From an uncultured cyanobacterium (GTDB lineage: Bacteria > Cyanobacteriota > Cyanobacteriia > Cyanobacteriales > Cyanobacteriaceae), in NCBI GenBank assembly GCA_963710605.1, contig CAVQBA010000006.1, positions 384,001-448,000 on the forward strand: a stretch of 64,000 nucleotides of DNA. Direction: 5' to 3'. This document shows, piece by piece, positions 1 to 9,410 of the stretch; the first letter of the stretch is position 1; every line of letters begins with the position of its first letter. The notes under the pieces were generated by a model. The model saw only the letters and a program-made list of their open reading frames with translations, ran no database searches and was not told the DNA's origin. The translations under genes and the position numbers were made by a program.

Positions 1-690
1 CAAGCTTTTAAATGGCAAGAAATTCGTAATCGGGCTACGGTTGATGGTGTCATTACAGTTGTTGATGCTCATGCTTTAGCTACAGGTACATTAGTTGGTG
101 ATTTAGAAGCATTAGAAGCACAAAGAAGTGAAGATCCTAATTTAGATCATGAAACACCTATTGAAGAGTTGTTTGAAGATCAATTAGCCTGTGCTGATTT
201 AGTTTTATTAACTAAAACTGATTTGATTGAACCAACTAATTTAGTTTCGGTAGAAAATTGGTTAAAACAAGAATTAAAACCAACAATTAAGTTAATTCCT
301 TGTCATCAGGGGCAAATTAACCCTGAAATATTACTCGGCTTTAATGCCTCAGTAGAGGATGATTTAATTAATCGCCCTTCCCATCATGATACTGAAGAAG
401 AACATGATCACGATGATGATATAAATTCAGTTGAGTTAGTGATTGATAATCCTCTCAATCCTCAAGATTTAATCGCTCATCTACGTCAATTAGTTCAAGA
501 ATTAGAAATTTATCGCATTAAAGGTTTTGTTAATGTAGATTCTAAACCAATGCGAATGGTAATTCAAGGTGTGGGCGATCGTTTTGATACTTTTTTTGAC
601 AGGTTATGGCAACCTGATGAACCAAGAATTACTAAACTGGTTATTATTGGGCGGAATCTCACTTCAGAGCAAGTAAAAATTAGGGATTAA
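1..690 (+). CDS. cobW: Cobalamin biosynthesis protein CobW (COG0523 GTPase), 5' end outside window
   Basis: Frame 1 is open from base 1 (QAFKWQEIRNRATVDGVITVVDAH...LFEDQLACADLVLLTKTD), His-rich SHHDTEEEHDHDDD and CobW C-terminal IYRIKG motif. Confidence 0.92.
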   Translation, partial: QAFKWQEIRNRATVDGVITVVDAHALATGTLVGDLEALEAQRSEDPNLDHETPIEELFEDQLACADLVLLTKTDLIEPTNLVSVENWLKQELKPTIKLIPCHQGQINPEILLGFNASVEDDLINRPSHHDTEEEHDHDDDINSVELVIDNPLNPQDLIAHLRQLVQELEIYRIKGFVNVDSKPMRMVIQGVGDRFDTFFDRLWQPDEPRITKLVIIGRNLTSEQVKIRD

Positions 691-712
691 GAATTAGGGA
701 TAAAAAATTAAA

Positions 713-733
713 GGGTGCAAAAAAATTGCACCC
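713..733. terminator. Hairpin between convergent cobW and DUF4912 genes
   Basis: GGGTGCAA-aaaaa-TTGCACCC inverted repeat; resembles the REP-like hairpin at 59528-59550. Confidence 0.5.
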
Positions 734-766
734 AGAAGCGAAAAACATTAAATTAGAAAAAGCCTA

Positions 767-2506
767 CTAATTAATAGGAGGAAACCAATCAGAAGTGTCA
801 TCCTGATCAATAACCGGAAACCATTTAGGTTCTTTTTTTGTTGAATCTTCTGTGTCTGTTGACTCTTCTTTGCCTGTTGAATCTTTTGTGTCTGTTGACT
901 CTCTTTTTTCGGCGGTTGGCTTATTTTTTTTTTGTTCTCCTTGCTCGGAAGAAGAATCTGAATTATTGTCTTGGTGAATCGATAAATCATGTATATCGGG
1001 TTCGTTAGCACTAAAGCTGACTGATTTATCTATAACCTCTTTAATTGAGGTGGGTGGCTCTTGTTCAATTAAGTTTTCGCTTGCTTCTTGAACTTGTTTT
1101 TCAGAATAGCTTGTCTGTCGATCGAACTTTATTTGAATAGAACGAGTTTCTACTTGATCTGCACTAACGGCTACTATTGGACAATCAATTAAACCATCAG
1201 GGAATGCTATTTGGAACGTGAAAGTACCATCAGGATTTAACTTCACAGCTTGATTAGCGATCGTCAATTTAGCATTCGGTACTGTTGCACCATAAACAGT
1301 TAAATGAGCATTAGCCATTAACCAAAAGTTTCTTGTTAAGCCCATACCCGAACCTGACATCATACCCATACCTGAGCCTGACATCATACCCATACCTGAA
1401 CCAGACATCATACCCATACCCGAACCTGACATCATACCCATACCCGAACCTGACATTATACCCATACCTGAGCCTGACATCATACCCATACCTGAGCCTG
1501 ACATCATACCCATACCTGAGCCTGACATCATACCCATACCTGAGCCTGACATCATACCCATACCCGAACCAGAAGCAAATTCAACCCTACCAATTGAATT
1601 AACAGAGTCAGGTGTCTGATTAACTTGACGATAAATAGAAGCATCAACTCTTGTCTGTGAATCAAAAGATGGCATTGACATTGACACTGGCGTTGTTTTC
1701 AAGGAAGTATCGTTTTCTGATGCCACAGAATAAAGAGAAGAGCCATCTAAAGCTTGATCCCAAGAAACAGAAACAAAAGTATCTTCTCGCCAATTACTAG
1801 CTGATAATGTCGGCATAGAAACGCTTTGCGAACAAGCTAAACTTAACCACTTACCATTAACACAACGATAACCTATTTCTACTATATAATCACGATCGCT
1901 TAAAGGAATAGGTATATACCAATTTGTAGCTGATTCGTTACAAATATATTCTAAAGTATTTTGACTCTTTCGAGGATTAGAATCTTCTATATCAGTAACA
2001 TCATATAAACGTAAAGATAAATTAGTACCACCTTGACTACGTAAAGTAGCTTTGTCCTCAGCCGGAATATCCCAATAAACATAAGCCCATTGTGAATCAC
2101 AAGGCATTAAAACTATCTTTTTCTCACCGTAAGTTTGAGGTAATTCATCATTATCATCGTCAATATCTGCAAAAATATCTGATGATTGATCATTAACAGC
2201 AGAAGTATCTTGAGTTTTAGAAGAATTTTCGTCCACAGTATTATTATTAGAAATTGATAAGTTAGCTGTTTGTTTTTCTTGGTCAGTTGTGTTTTCGGTA
2301 TTGGTAAGTGATTCGTTTGATGTCTCAACTTTGGATTCGTCAACAGGGCTAGGATTATCACTAGTCGGATTATTTAGTAATTTAGTGATGACACTAAATA
2401 GTTGTTGCTTACGCATACGACAAAATTGAGGTAAATCAAGCTTAATGGCTATTTTTCTAAGTTGCCTTAGAGTCATTTGTTTTAGGGTTGGTTTTGATTC
2501 TGCCAT
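767..2506 (-). CDS. DUF4912 family protein with N-terminal Rho-N-like helical motif
   Basis: N-term LKQMTLRQLRKIA...SRMRK-like motif; LPQTYGEKKIVLMP..QWAYVYWD, LRLYDVTD, YIVEIGY and FWLMANAHLTVYGAT motifs typical of cyanobacterial DUF4912 proteins. Confidence 0.85.
   Translation of the reverse strand: MAESKPTLKQMTLRQLRKIAIKLDLPQFCRMRKQQLFSVITKLLNNPTSDNPSPVDESKVETSNESLTNTENTTDQEKQTANLSISNNNTVDENSSKTQDTSAVNDQSSDIFADIDDDNDELPQTYGEKKIVLMPCDSQWAYVYWDIPAEDKATLRSQGGTNLSLRLYDVTDIEDSNPRKSQNTLEYICNESATNWYIPIPLSDRDYIVEIGYRCVNGKWLSLACSQSVSMPTLSASNWREDTFVSVSWDQALDGSSLYSVASENDTSLKTTPVSMSMPSFDSQTRVDASIYRQVNQTPDSVNSIGRVEFASGSGMGMMSGSGMGMMSGSGMGMMSGSGMGMMSGSGMGIMSGSGMGMMSGSGMGMMSGSGMGMMSGSGMGMMSGSGMGLTRNFWLMANAHLTVYGATVPNAKLTIANQAVKLNPDGTFTFQIAFPDGLIDCPIVAVSADQVETRSIQIKFDRQTSYSEKQVQEASENLIEQEPPTSIKEVIDKSVSFSANEPDIHDLSIHQDNNSDSSSEQGEQKKNKPTAEKRESTDTKDSTGKEESTDTEDSTKKEPKWFPVIDQDDTSDWFPPIN
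1340..1573 (-). repeat. Coding 24-bp tandem repeat, about 9.75 copies, encoding (SGSGMGMM)n
   Basis: Direct reading of CATACCCATACCTGAGCCTGACAT units; variation almost entirely synonymous. Confidence 0.97.
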
Positions 2507-2716
2507 CTGACTAAATGTTGATTTTAAATAATTTAGGGATTATATACTATTAATTCGTTAGACGTTAGTTGTAAAATTTTAGCTTGTTTTTAAAAAGATC
2601 TAATTTTACTTTTAACCTTAATAAAATTGAGATTATTAGCATATGTTAAGAATTATAATCAACATCTAGAGATAATTGTTCATTTTTCTTAATTTTTTTT
2701 TAATCATTTTTGATTT

Positions 2717-2809
2717 CTATAGCAGATAATAAGTTAGCTCTTAATGTTTAACCGCTCCTAACCTCTCCTTTTAAAGGAGGAAAACTTGATTAAGCTGTTT
2801 TAACTATAG
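2717..2809. repeat. MITE-like repeat with CTATAG ends and CCTTTTAAAGG-type core hairpin
   Basis: CTATAGCAG...CTCCTTTTAAAGGAG...AACTATAG; same layout as 51264-51372. Confidence 0.5.
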
Positions 2810-2934
2810 ACATTTGTTGCTATATTTAATTAATTTTGTGTTTGTTAATAAATAATTGAAGGTATTGCTCGTTACTAATTACTAATTACTCATTACTGGT
2901 TACTTAACTGAATTAATCTCGGTATTTTAATTAC

Positions 2935-3330
2935 CTATAATTGTTCTTCTGGTGTTGAAGATAAAGAAAAAATAGTCAAACAAATCCAACCGATAATTAA
3001 GACTACACCACCGATGGGGGTAATGATACCCAACCAATTGCGGGTAGTTATAGTCAAACTGTAAAGACTACCAGAAAATAAGACAACTCCAACCATAAAA
3101 GCGATCGAAGAAATATTTAACCATATTTTAGGTGCTTTTGTTTCTGTACGCATCAAAATAGAAACTAGTACCAAAGCTAGAGCATGATACATTTGATATC
3201 TAACCGCTGTTTGCCAAATAGAAAGAGATTCAGCCGTTAAAGTGCCTTTTAAGCTATGACTGGCAAAAGCACCCATCACTACAGCAATTAAAGCTAAAAT
3301 AGAACCGAAACCCAAAGTTGTTTTTTGCAT
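2935..3330 (-). CDS. DUF423 family membrane protein
   Basis: GAFASH, WQTAVRYQMYHALAL, LFSGSLY, ITPIGG motifs; ATG at 3330 preferred to the longer ORF-track start that overlaps the upstream gene. Confidence 0.9.
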   Translation of the reverse strand: MQKTTLGFGSILALIAVVMGAFASHSLKGTLTAESLSIWQTAVRYQMYHALALVLVSILMRTETKAPKIWLNISSIAFMVGVVLFSGSLYSLTITTRNWLGIITPIGGVVLIIGWICLTIFSLSSTPEEQL

Positions 3331-3344
3331 ATAATTAACAATAA

Positions 3345-4598
3345 CTAAATAGTTGGACCAACGATCGAAGTCGATAAACAATCATCAGTTAAATATTGGT
3401 TAGCAACTCTTTGTATATCTTCTAGTTGGATAGCTTCAATTTGTTCAGGAAAAATAAAATCGTAATTTGTACCTAAACCAAGCGTTTCATACCAACCATA
3501 AAGTTGTGCTAATTCAGTATTAGTCTGTTTCCCTAAAGCATATTGCCCTAAAATTTTGCTTTTAGCTGTTTTTAATTCTTCAATAGATAAAGTAGATTCT
3601 CTTAAACGGGCTACTTCATCGGATAAACCTTGTTTTGCTATTTCTAAATTATTAGGTGCTGTACCCATATAAGTAACGAATTGAGATTTATCTAATCTAG
3701 TTGGATAAAAAGCCGAAACATCATAAGCCAATCCTCTTTTCTCTCTTAATTCTACAAACAGACGACTAGAAAGCCCGTTACCTAAATAAGTAGTGAGTAG
3801 TTTGAAGATACAATAATCAGGATGATCAATTTCGGGTGCTAGATAACCCATCATAATAATAGACTGTTGGTTAGGCTGTTCTAATTGATAATGATTTGAT
3901 TGAGCTGACAAATGATATTCAGGAAGAGTGGTTTGAGGATGACTAGGTATTTGCCAATCACCAAATACTTTTTCGACAAAGGCTTTAGCTTGTTCGGGAT
4001 TTATTTTTCCTGCCAAACTAATAATTAAGTTATCAGGGCGAAAATATTGTTGATGACAAGAATGTAAATCTGAAGCCGTTAATTCACTAACAGTTTCTTG
4101 TGTGCCTAAAATAGAAAAACCATAAGGATGTTTGCCGTAAATCATTTCTCTTAACTGACGAAATGCTAAGTTAAACGGTTGTTCTTTTTGAGATAAAATA
4201 TTTTGGATCGTAATTCTTTTTTCTAATTCAACTTCTTTTTTAGGAAAACTGGGAAAACGAAGCATTTCTCCTGCTAGTTCAAATATTTGTTCAAAATCTT
4301 CAGTAATCGTTTTGAGGCTAACTACAAAATAATCACTTAATGCACCTGTACCTAATCCTGCACCAATTGATTCAATTTTTTCGGCGATATCTAATGATGA
4401 CAGATGACGAGTACCTTTAGACATTACATTAGCTAATAAATGGAAAATTCCCGCTTGCTGATTAGATTCCCATAATCCTCCCGCATGACGACAAAATATT
4501 TTTCCAGCAATTATCTCTGTAGTCGGATTTTCGATCGTAATCAAAGTAATACCGTTATCAAGGTTGGTTTTATGAATATTTTTTTGAGATTGTTTCAC
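3345..4598 (-). CDS. M16 (pitrilysin/insulinase) family peptidase, probably non-catalytic subunit
   Basis: LDNGIT, GIFHLLANVMSKGT (HxxEH not intact), HPYG, SSRLFVELREKRGLAYDV. Confidence 0.88.
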   Translation of the reverse strand: MKQSQKNIHKTNLDNGITLITIENPTTEIIAGKIFCRHAGGLWESNQQAGIFHLLANVMSKGTRHLSSLDIAEKIESIGAGLGTGALSDYFVVSLKTITEDFEQIFELAGEMLRFPSFPKKEVELEKRITIQNILSQKEQPFNLAFRQLREMIYGKHPYGFSILGTQETVSELTASDLHSCHQQYFRPDNLIISLAGKINPEQAKAFVEKVFGDWQIPSHPQTTLPEYHLSAQSNHYQLEQPNQQSIIMMGYLAPEIDHPDYCIFKLLTTYLGNGLSSRLFVELREKRGLAYDVSAFYPTRLDKSQFVTYMGTAPNNLEIAKQGLSDEVARLRESTLSIEELKTAKSKILGQYALGKQTNTELAQLYGWYETLGLGTNYDFIFPEQIEAIQLEDIQRVANQYLTDDCLSTSIVGPTI

Positions 4599-5017
4599 CG
4601 ATGATCATTGTTTGCTAATATTTGTTGTCAATAGTTAGAACGTAATTTTTTACTCAACGTAGTTATTACATTATTAACTTTCTTATAATTTAACCTTTAC
4701 AGCTAATAGATGACTAATCTAAAAATAAATAAACGATCGTCTATTTATTTTTTAGCACCCGAATTTTAGCCTCAAAATCAAAAACATCAACGATTGTCGG
4801 TACATACCAAAAGAATAAATTAATAATTAATTGTGTATTTTTGTTACTTCTACCCACAAACTTTAAAAAAAAGGATTACAATGAAAGTCGAGAATAAACA
4901 GATTAACGATTAAGTTTTTTTCAGTATCGAAGGTTTTTCCGATAAAGTATTGAGCTATTTCTTTCCCAATAATCTTGTCTCTGTGAACACAACACTAATT
5001 ACGAAGACAAATACAAT

Positions 5018-5302
5018 ATGTCAATTTATGTAGGTAACTTATCTTACGAAGTTAAAGAAGAAGATTTAAGTGCAGTTTTTAATGACTATGGAACTGTAAA
5101 AAGAGTCCATATTCCTTCAGATCGCGAAACAGGTCGTCCTAGAGGCTTTGCCTTTGTGGAAATGGAATCTGAAGCTGATGAAGAAAAAGCAATTGAAACT
5201 TTAGATGGCGCTGAATGGATGAGTCGCGAGCTTAGAGTTAATAAAGCTAAACCTCGTGAAAATAATAATTCATACAACAACCGCAGAAACAATCGTTTCT
5301 AA
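5018..5302 (+). CDS. rbp: RRM RNA-binding protein (Rbp family)
   Basis: RNP2 IYVGNL, RNP1 RGFAFVEM; Asn/Arg-rich short tail. Confidence 0.95.
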   Translation: MSIYVGNLSYEVKEEDLSAVFNDYGTVKRVHIPSDRETGRPRGFAFVEMESEADEEKAIETLDGAEWMSRELRVNKAKPRENNNSYNNRRNNRF

Positions 5303-5729
5303 ATAATTAACGATTTTTTTGCTCGTATGTATTTCTAAAAAAAAACTTTTAAGAGTTAGTAAGATTCTTCTTACACCTAATTCTTAGAAGTTTTTTTAGT
5401 TTAATAGTCTAAAATTAACTTTATGCCAAAGAGTTTGATAATCGTGATTTTCAGGTACGGATTAACGACCTCTAAACAAACAAGTTGAATGTGATATGAT
5501 CAAGTAGTTTAATAGCGTTTGAAGCCTAAATTTAAATCGATAAATCAGGTTTTAAAAAATAATTAAAAAAATTAACGTCAACTGAAAAAGTGACAGTTAA
5601 TTAGACAAAACAACTATCTCTCTCAATTTCCAACTTTGTCATAATTGATATTTTTGATAAATTTGATTGAGCTTAGAGAGGTTGAACACACATTATAGTA
5701 ATAAAAACACTGGATAATTAACTAAACTA

Positions 5730-6314
5730 ATGATACCAACCGTTATTGAATCTTCAGGGCGAGGCGATCGAGCATTTGATATTTATTCTCGTCTATTAAG
5801 AGAAAGAATCGTCTTTTTAGGTACACAAGTGGACGATGAATTAGCTAATTCTTTAGTCGCTCAACTGTTACTATTAGAAGCAGAAGACCCAGAAAAAGAT
5901 ATTTATCTATACATTAACTCACCAGGTGGCTCTGTTTCTGCTGGTTTAGGTATTTTTGATACCATGAATCAAATTCAACCAGATGTTTGTACTATCTGCG
6001 TTGGTCTAGCCGCTAGTATGGGTGCTTTTTTACTCTCTGCTGGTGCTAAAGGTAAAAGAATGAGCTTACCTAACTCTAGAATTATGATTCACCAACCTTT
6101 GGGAGGAGCTCAAGGGCAAGCTACAGATATCGAAATTCAAGCCAAAGAGATACTTTACCTCAAAAAACAACTAAATCATTATTTAGCGTCTCATACAGAT
6201 CAACCTCTAGAGAAAATTGAGGATGATACCGAAAGAGATTTCTTTATGTCCGCAGACGAAGCCGCTGAATATGGTTTAATCGATCGAGTAGTCACTAAAG
6301 CACCTAAAGGTTAA
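5730..6314 (+). CDS. clpP: ATP-dependent Clp protease proteolytic subunit
   Basis: [19 protein letters not shown] (catalytic Ser), MIHQP (His), ERD. Confidence 0.97.
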   Translation: MIPTVIESSGRGDRAFDIYSRLLRERIVFLGTQVDDELANSLVAQLLLLEAEDPEKDIYLYINSPGGSVSAGLGIFDTMNQIQPDVCTICVGLAASMGAFLLSAGAKGKRMSLPNSRIMIHQPLGGAQGQATDIEIQAKEILYLKKQLNHYLASHTDQPLEKIEDDTERDFFMSADEAAEYGLIDRVVTKAPKG

Positions 6315-6362
6315 AAAAAAACTTAGCCGAAATAAATAAATAACAAGTTTAATCATTCCTAA

Positions 6363-6390
6363 CCCTTCCTTGCTAAGGAGGGGTTTTTTT
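6363..6390 (+). terminator. Probable intrinsic terminator of clpP, derived from the CCCC/GGGG palindrome repeat family
   Basis: CCCTTCCTT-gct-AAGGAGGG followed by T7. Confidence 0.7.
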
Positions 6391-6404
6391 AACTCACTCA
6401 TTGG

Positions 6405-6513
6405 TTATACCATTTTCAAAAAATAATACTACAGATTGAAACTCCGCTCATCTCCCTTTTCAAAGGGGACTTGATCGATTTATGTGTCGCTTTTATAAAT
6501 TGAATTGGTATTA
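6405..6513. repeat. MITE-like repeat (TATACCA...TTGGTAT ends, CCCTTTTCAAAGGG core)
   Basis: Ends and core resemble copies at 48841-48935 and 59368-59475. Confidence 0.55.
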
Positions 6514-6617
6514 GTCTATCTTTAATGTCAAAAGAGGACTCCCGTAACAGGCGAAGCTTTAACGGCGAGATGAATTTTGACCAACAAATAAATGGAGCGA
6601 TAGCGACTTCTACATAG

Positions 6618-6646
6618 TTGACAGTTTTATGTAGAAAAGTTACAAT
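6618..6646 (+). promoter_or_regulatory. Near-consensus sigma70-type promoter for tnpB
   Basis: TTGACA (6618-6623), 17 bp, TACAAT (6641-6646), 24 nt before the ATG. Confidence 0.7.
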
Positions 6647-6670
6647 TTAATTGTTGAAGTGAATTAGGTA

Positions 6671-7834
6671 ATGTTAAACCTGTCCTACGAATACAAATTA
6701 AAGGCGAATAAATCCCAGATTGAACAAATTGAGCATATACTTGATGTGTGCCGTTTAGTTTGGAATTTTGCTTTACGTGAACGTAAGGATTGGTCTGCGT
6801 CTAGAAAGTCAAGAGTGGATGCTTGTTCAATTCAAAAGGAATATATAATTCCCTCGGATGAAAAATATCCTAATTACCACCAACAGGCGAAAAGTTTAAC
6901 TCAAGCAAGAAAACAAAGCGAACGATTAAAATCGATCAATGCTCAGGTACAACAACAGGTGCTCAGAACACTAGATAGAGCGTTCCTAGACAGGCAAAAG
7001 AAAAACTTGGGGTGTCCTCGTTTCAAAAACCAAGCTAGGATGAGGTCATTCGTATTTCCTCAAATGCTCAAAGATTGTCTTAAGGAAGGGATGATAAAAC
7101 TACCTCAATTGGGTTGGGTTAGATTTAGACAATCTCGTTCAATCCCTGATGGGTGTGAAGTAAAACAAGCTCGAATAGTTCGTAAAGCTACTGGCTACTT
7201 TGTAATTTTAGCCTTACAATTGGATGTTGATGTACCTCAACCTTTACCTCATGGTCATCCTAAAGGTATCGATTTGGGTTATATTTGCGCTGTTGTAACC
7301 TCGGACAATGAGTCAATCTCAAGACCAAGATTTTTGAATAAGTACGCTCGGAAGTTGAAAAGACTACAGCGAAGACTGAAAAAGAAAGTAAAAGGGTCTT
7401 GTGGTTGGAAAAAATTACAAAAACGTATCTCTAGATTGCATTTCAAGGTTGCTTGTCATCGCAAAGATTATCATTTCAAACTAGCTCATCATTTAGTTAA
7501 AGACTGTGGGATGATGTTTGTTGAAGATCTAAATTTTAAGATGTGGCAAAGAGGAATGTTTTCTAAATCCAGTGCCGATTTTGGCTTTGGTCAATTCGTC
7601 AATATCTTGGAATGGGTATGCTTTAGAACAGACATTCATTTTGCTAAAGTCGATCACCGCTACAGTTCTCAAGAATGCCCTGAATGTGGAGCTAGAACTG
7701 GTAAAAAGCATTTAAATGAAAGAATACATAAATGTATAGAATGTGGATATACCACAGGACGAGATCATGCTTCAGCACTTGTTATTAAAAATAGAGGTTT
7801 AAATTTAGTGGCGGCCGGACAGCCCGTCCTTTGA
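6671..7834 (+). CDS. tnpB: RNA-guided endonuclease TnpB
   Basis: N-term YEYKL/CRLVWNFAL, RuvC motifs GIDLG, VEDL, RDHASA, zinc ribbon CPECG...CIECG. Confidence 0.95.
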   Translation: MLNLSYEYKLKANKSQIEQIEHILDVCRLVWNFALRERKDWSASRKSRVDACSIQKEYIIPSDEKYPNYHQQAKSLTQARKQSERLKSINAQVQQQVLRTLDRAFLDRQKKNLGCPRFKNQARMRSFVFPQMLKDCLKEGMIKLPQLGWVRFRQSRSIPDGCEVKQARIVRKATGYFVILALQLDVDVPQPLPHGHPKGIDLGYICAVVTSDNESISRPRFLNKYARKLKRLQRRLKKKVKGSCGWKKLQKRISRLHFKVACHRKDYHFKLAHHLVKDCGMMFVEDLNFKMWQRGMFSKSSADFGFGQFVNILEWVCFRTDIHFAKVDHRYSSQECPECGARTGKKHLNERIHKCIECGYTTGRDHASALVIKNRGLNLVAAGQPVL

Positions 7835-7963
7835 AAAAGCTAGTGGAGATGGTTGTAACGGGGGCGAGTCAACTCGTCTAGTCACGAATCTGTAAAGCTA
7901 GAATCCCCCATCTAAACCCGCAGGGTTAGTGGGGGAGTGTCAAGTAAAGACTATACTTGTTAA
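7790..7963 (+). ncRNA. Putative TnpB omegaRNA/reRNA (scaffold in right end plus flanking guide)
   Basis: Inferred from known TnpB biology: structured GC-rich right end overlapping tnpB 3' end; guide would be the flank starting at 7944. 5' boundary is a guess. Confidence 0.55.
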
Positions 7964-8087
7964 AGATGAAGAAAAATTAAGAAAGATTGATTAAATCACT
8001 TGGTATCGATCGAATCGCTCTTTTAAAGATTAAGACAAGTTAGAATAACGAATAATCTCAAATTTTATGTTTAAATAATTTGTTAAT

Positions 8088-8609
8088 ATGCCAAGATCTC
8101 AAAGAAACGATAATTTTGTCGATAAAACCTTTACCGTAATGGCAGATATTATTCTAAAGGTATTACCTATCAATGCTAAAGCCAAAGAAGCCTTTGTTTA
8201 TTATCGTGATGGAATGTCTGCTCAAGCAGAAGGCGAATACGCTGAAGCTTTAGATAATTATTCTGAAGCACTCAAATTAGAAGAAGATACAAACGATAAA
8301 AGCGAAATCCTCTACAATATCGGTTTGATTCATGCAAGTAATGGAAAATTAGATGAAGCACTTGATTATTATGATCAATCTTTAGAATTGAATCCTCGTA
8401 AACCTTCAGCTCTCAATAATGTTGCTGTGATTTATCATTATAAAGGTGAGCAATGTCGTCAAGAAGGAGAAGAAGAAAAAGCTGAAAGTTTTTATGATAA
8501 AGCCGCTGAATATTGGAAACAAGCAGTTAGATTATCTCCTAACAACTACCTAGAAGCTCAAAATTGGTTAAAAACAACTGGGCGATTGGAAATGGATGTA
8601 TTTTTCTAA
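8088..8609 (+). CDS. ycf3: Photosystem I assembly protein Ycf3 (TPR)
   Basis: [43 protein letters not shown]. Confidence 0.97.
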   Translation: MPRSQRNDNFVDKTFTVMADIILKVLPINAKAKEAFVYYRDGMSAQAEGEYAEALDNYSEALKLEEDTNDKSEILYNIGLIHASNGKLDEALDYYDQSLELNPRKPSALNNVAVIYHYKGEQCRQEGEEEKAESFYDKAAEYWKQAVRLSPNNYLEAQNWLKTTGRLEMDVFF

Positions 8610-8818
8610 TTATTTAAAATCTAGAATATACCTTAAAATAATTTTTCAGTTAAGTTACTAGTAGGATTTTTAAATTAACTCTAACTCTTGCTTCTGAAGC
8701 AGAGGTGTTTTTAAGTCGTCTTATAACTACAGATATTTACGGTTACAACTGAAGATAAATTTTTAGTTATAGTGTTTAGTTGAGATAATAGAATCAGTTA
8801 TTGATTATCAATTAAATT

Positions 8819-9106
8819 ATGAGTATTACGAAAGAAGATGTTATCAAAGTTGCTAACTTAGCACGTTTGAATTTAACTCCTGCTCAAGAAGAAGAATTTG
8901 CACCTCAATTAAATGCGATTTTAGATTATTTTGAGCAATTACAAGAGTTAGATACCGAAAATGTTGAACCAACAACAAGAGCGATCGATGTTAATAATAT
9001 CACTCGCCAAGATAAAAATGAAATTTATGACGATCGAGAAAGTTTACTAAATTCTGCACCTGAAAGAGAAGACGACTTTTTTAGAGTACCTAAAATACTA
9101 GGCTAG
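8819..9106 (+). CDS. gatC: Asp/Glu-tRNA amidotransferase subunit C
   Basis: [25 protein letters not shown]. Confidence 0.96.
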   Translation: MSITKEDVIKVANLARLNLTPAQEEEFAPQLNAILDYFEQLQELDTENVEPTTRAIDVNNITRQDKNEIYDDRESLLNSAPEREDDFFRVPKILG

Positions 9107-9410
9107 ATAACGACTTTGCTAATAAGTATTAGTAATAATGTCTCACTCTAAATTGAAATAACTATATCTAGTCATCGATTGAATCTTGAATACTTTTCTT
9201 TAATCACGAATCAATTAACTCAAAATAGTTAAATTCGTGATTAATTGGTTTTTACCATAAAATTACATCGCTCAGATGTAATAAGTGCATCGATTTTTAG
9301 ATAAAGTAATCTAAGATACAAAATATCTAATATTTAATTTTATGATTAGTTTAAGAATATCTTAATTAATGATTAATTATTTTGGTGTGAGGCCAAAACT
9401 GTAATAAATA

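Larger units (their letters stand above)
6527..7943 (+). mobile_element. IS200/IS605-family element carrying tnpB only (IS1341-like, non-autonomous)
   Basis: Left end GTCAAAA...TTTTGAC hairpin region after TTTAAT; tnpB ORF; right end CCCCCA..TGGGGGAGTGTCAA hairpin ending in TCAA; no tnpA; higher GC than flanks. Left boundary approximate. Confidence 0.85.

Noticed and set aside
748-1011. Alternative-frame and antisense ORFs inside genes (also 2113, 5086, 7529, 9689, 12112, 17619, 19678, 28941, 29514, 29940, 34196, 49236, 49611, 50876, 52241, 60450)
   Set aside because: Shadows of well-supported genes with no independent motifs
1333-1602. Regular 24-bp repeats as CRISPR array, and the plus-strand PYPNLTSY ORF
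   Set aside because: Head-to-tail repeats with no unique spacers, no cas genes; the ORF is the antisense shadow of the coding repeat
6671-7834. TnpB as a Cas12f/Cas12k CRISPR effector or nuclease-dead TldR
   Set aside because: No CRISPR array nearby, IS ends present, RuvC acidic residues retained
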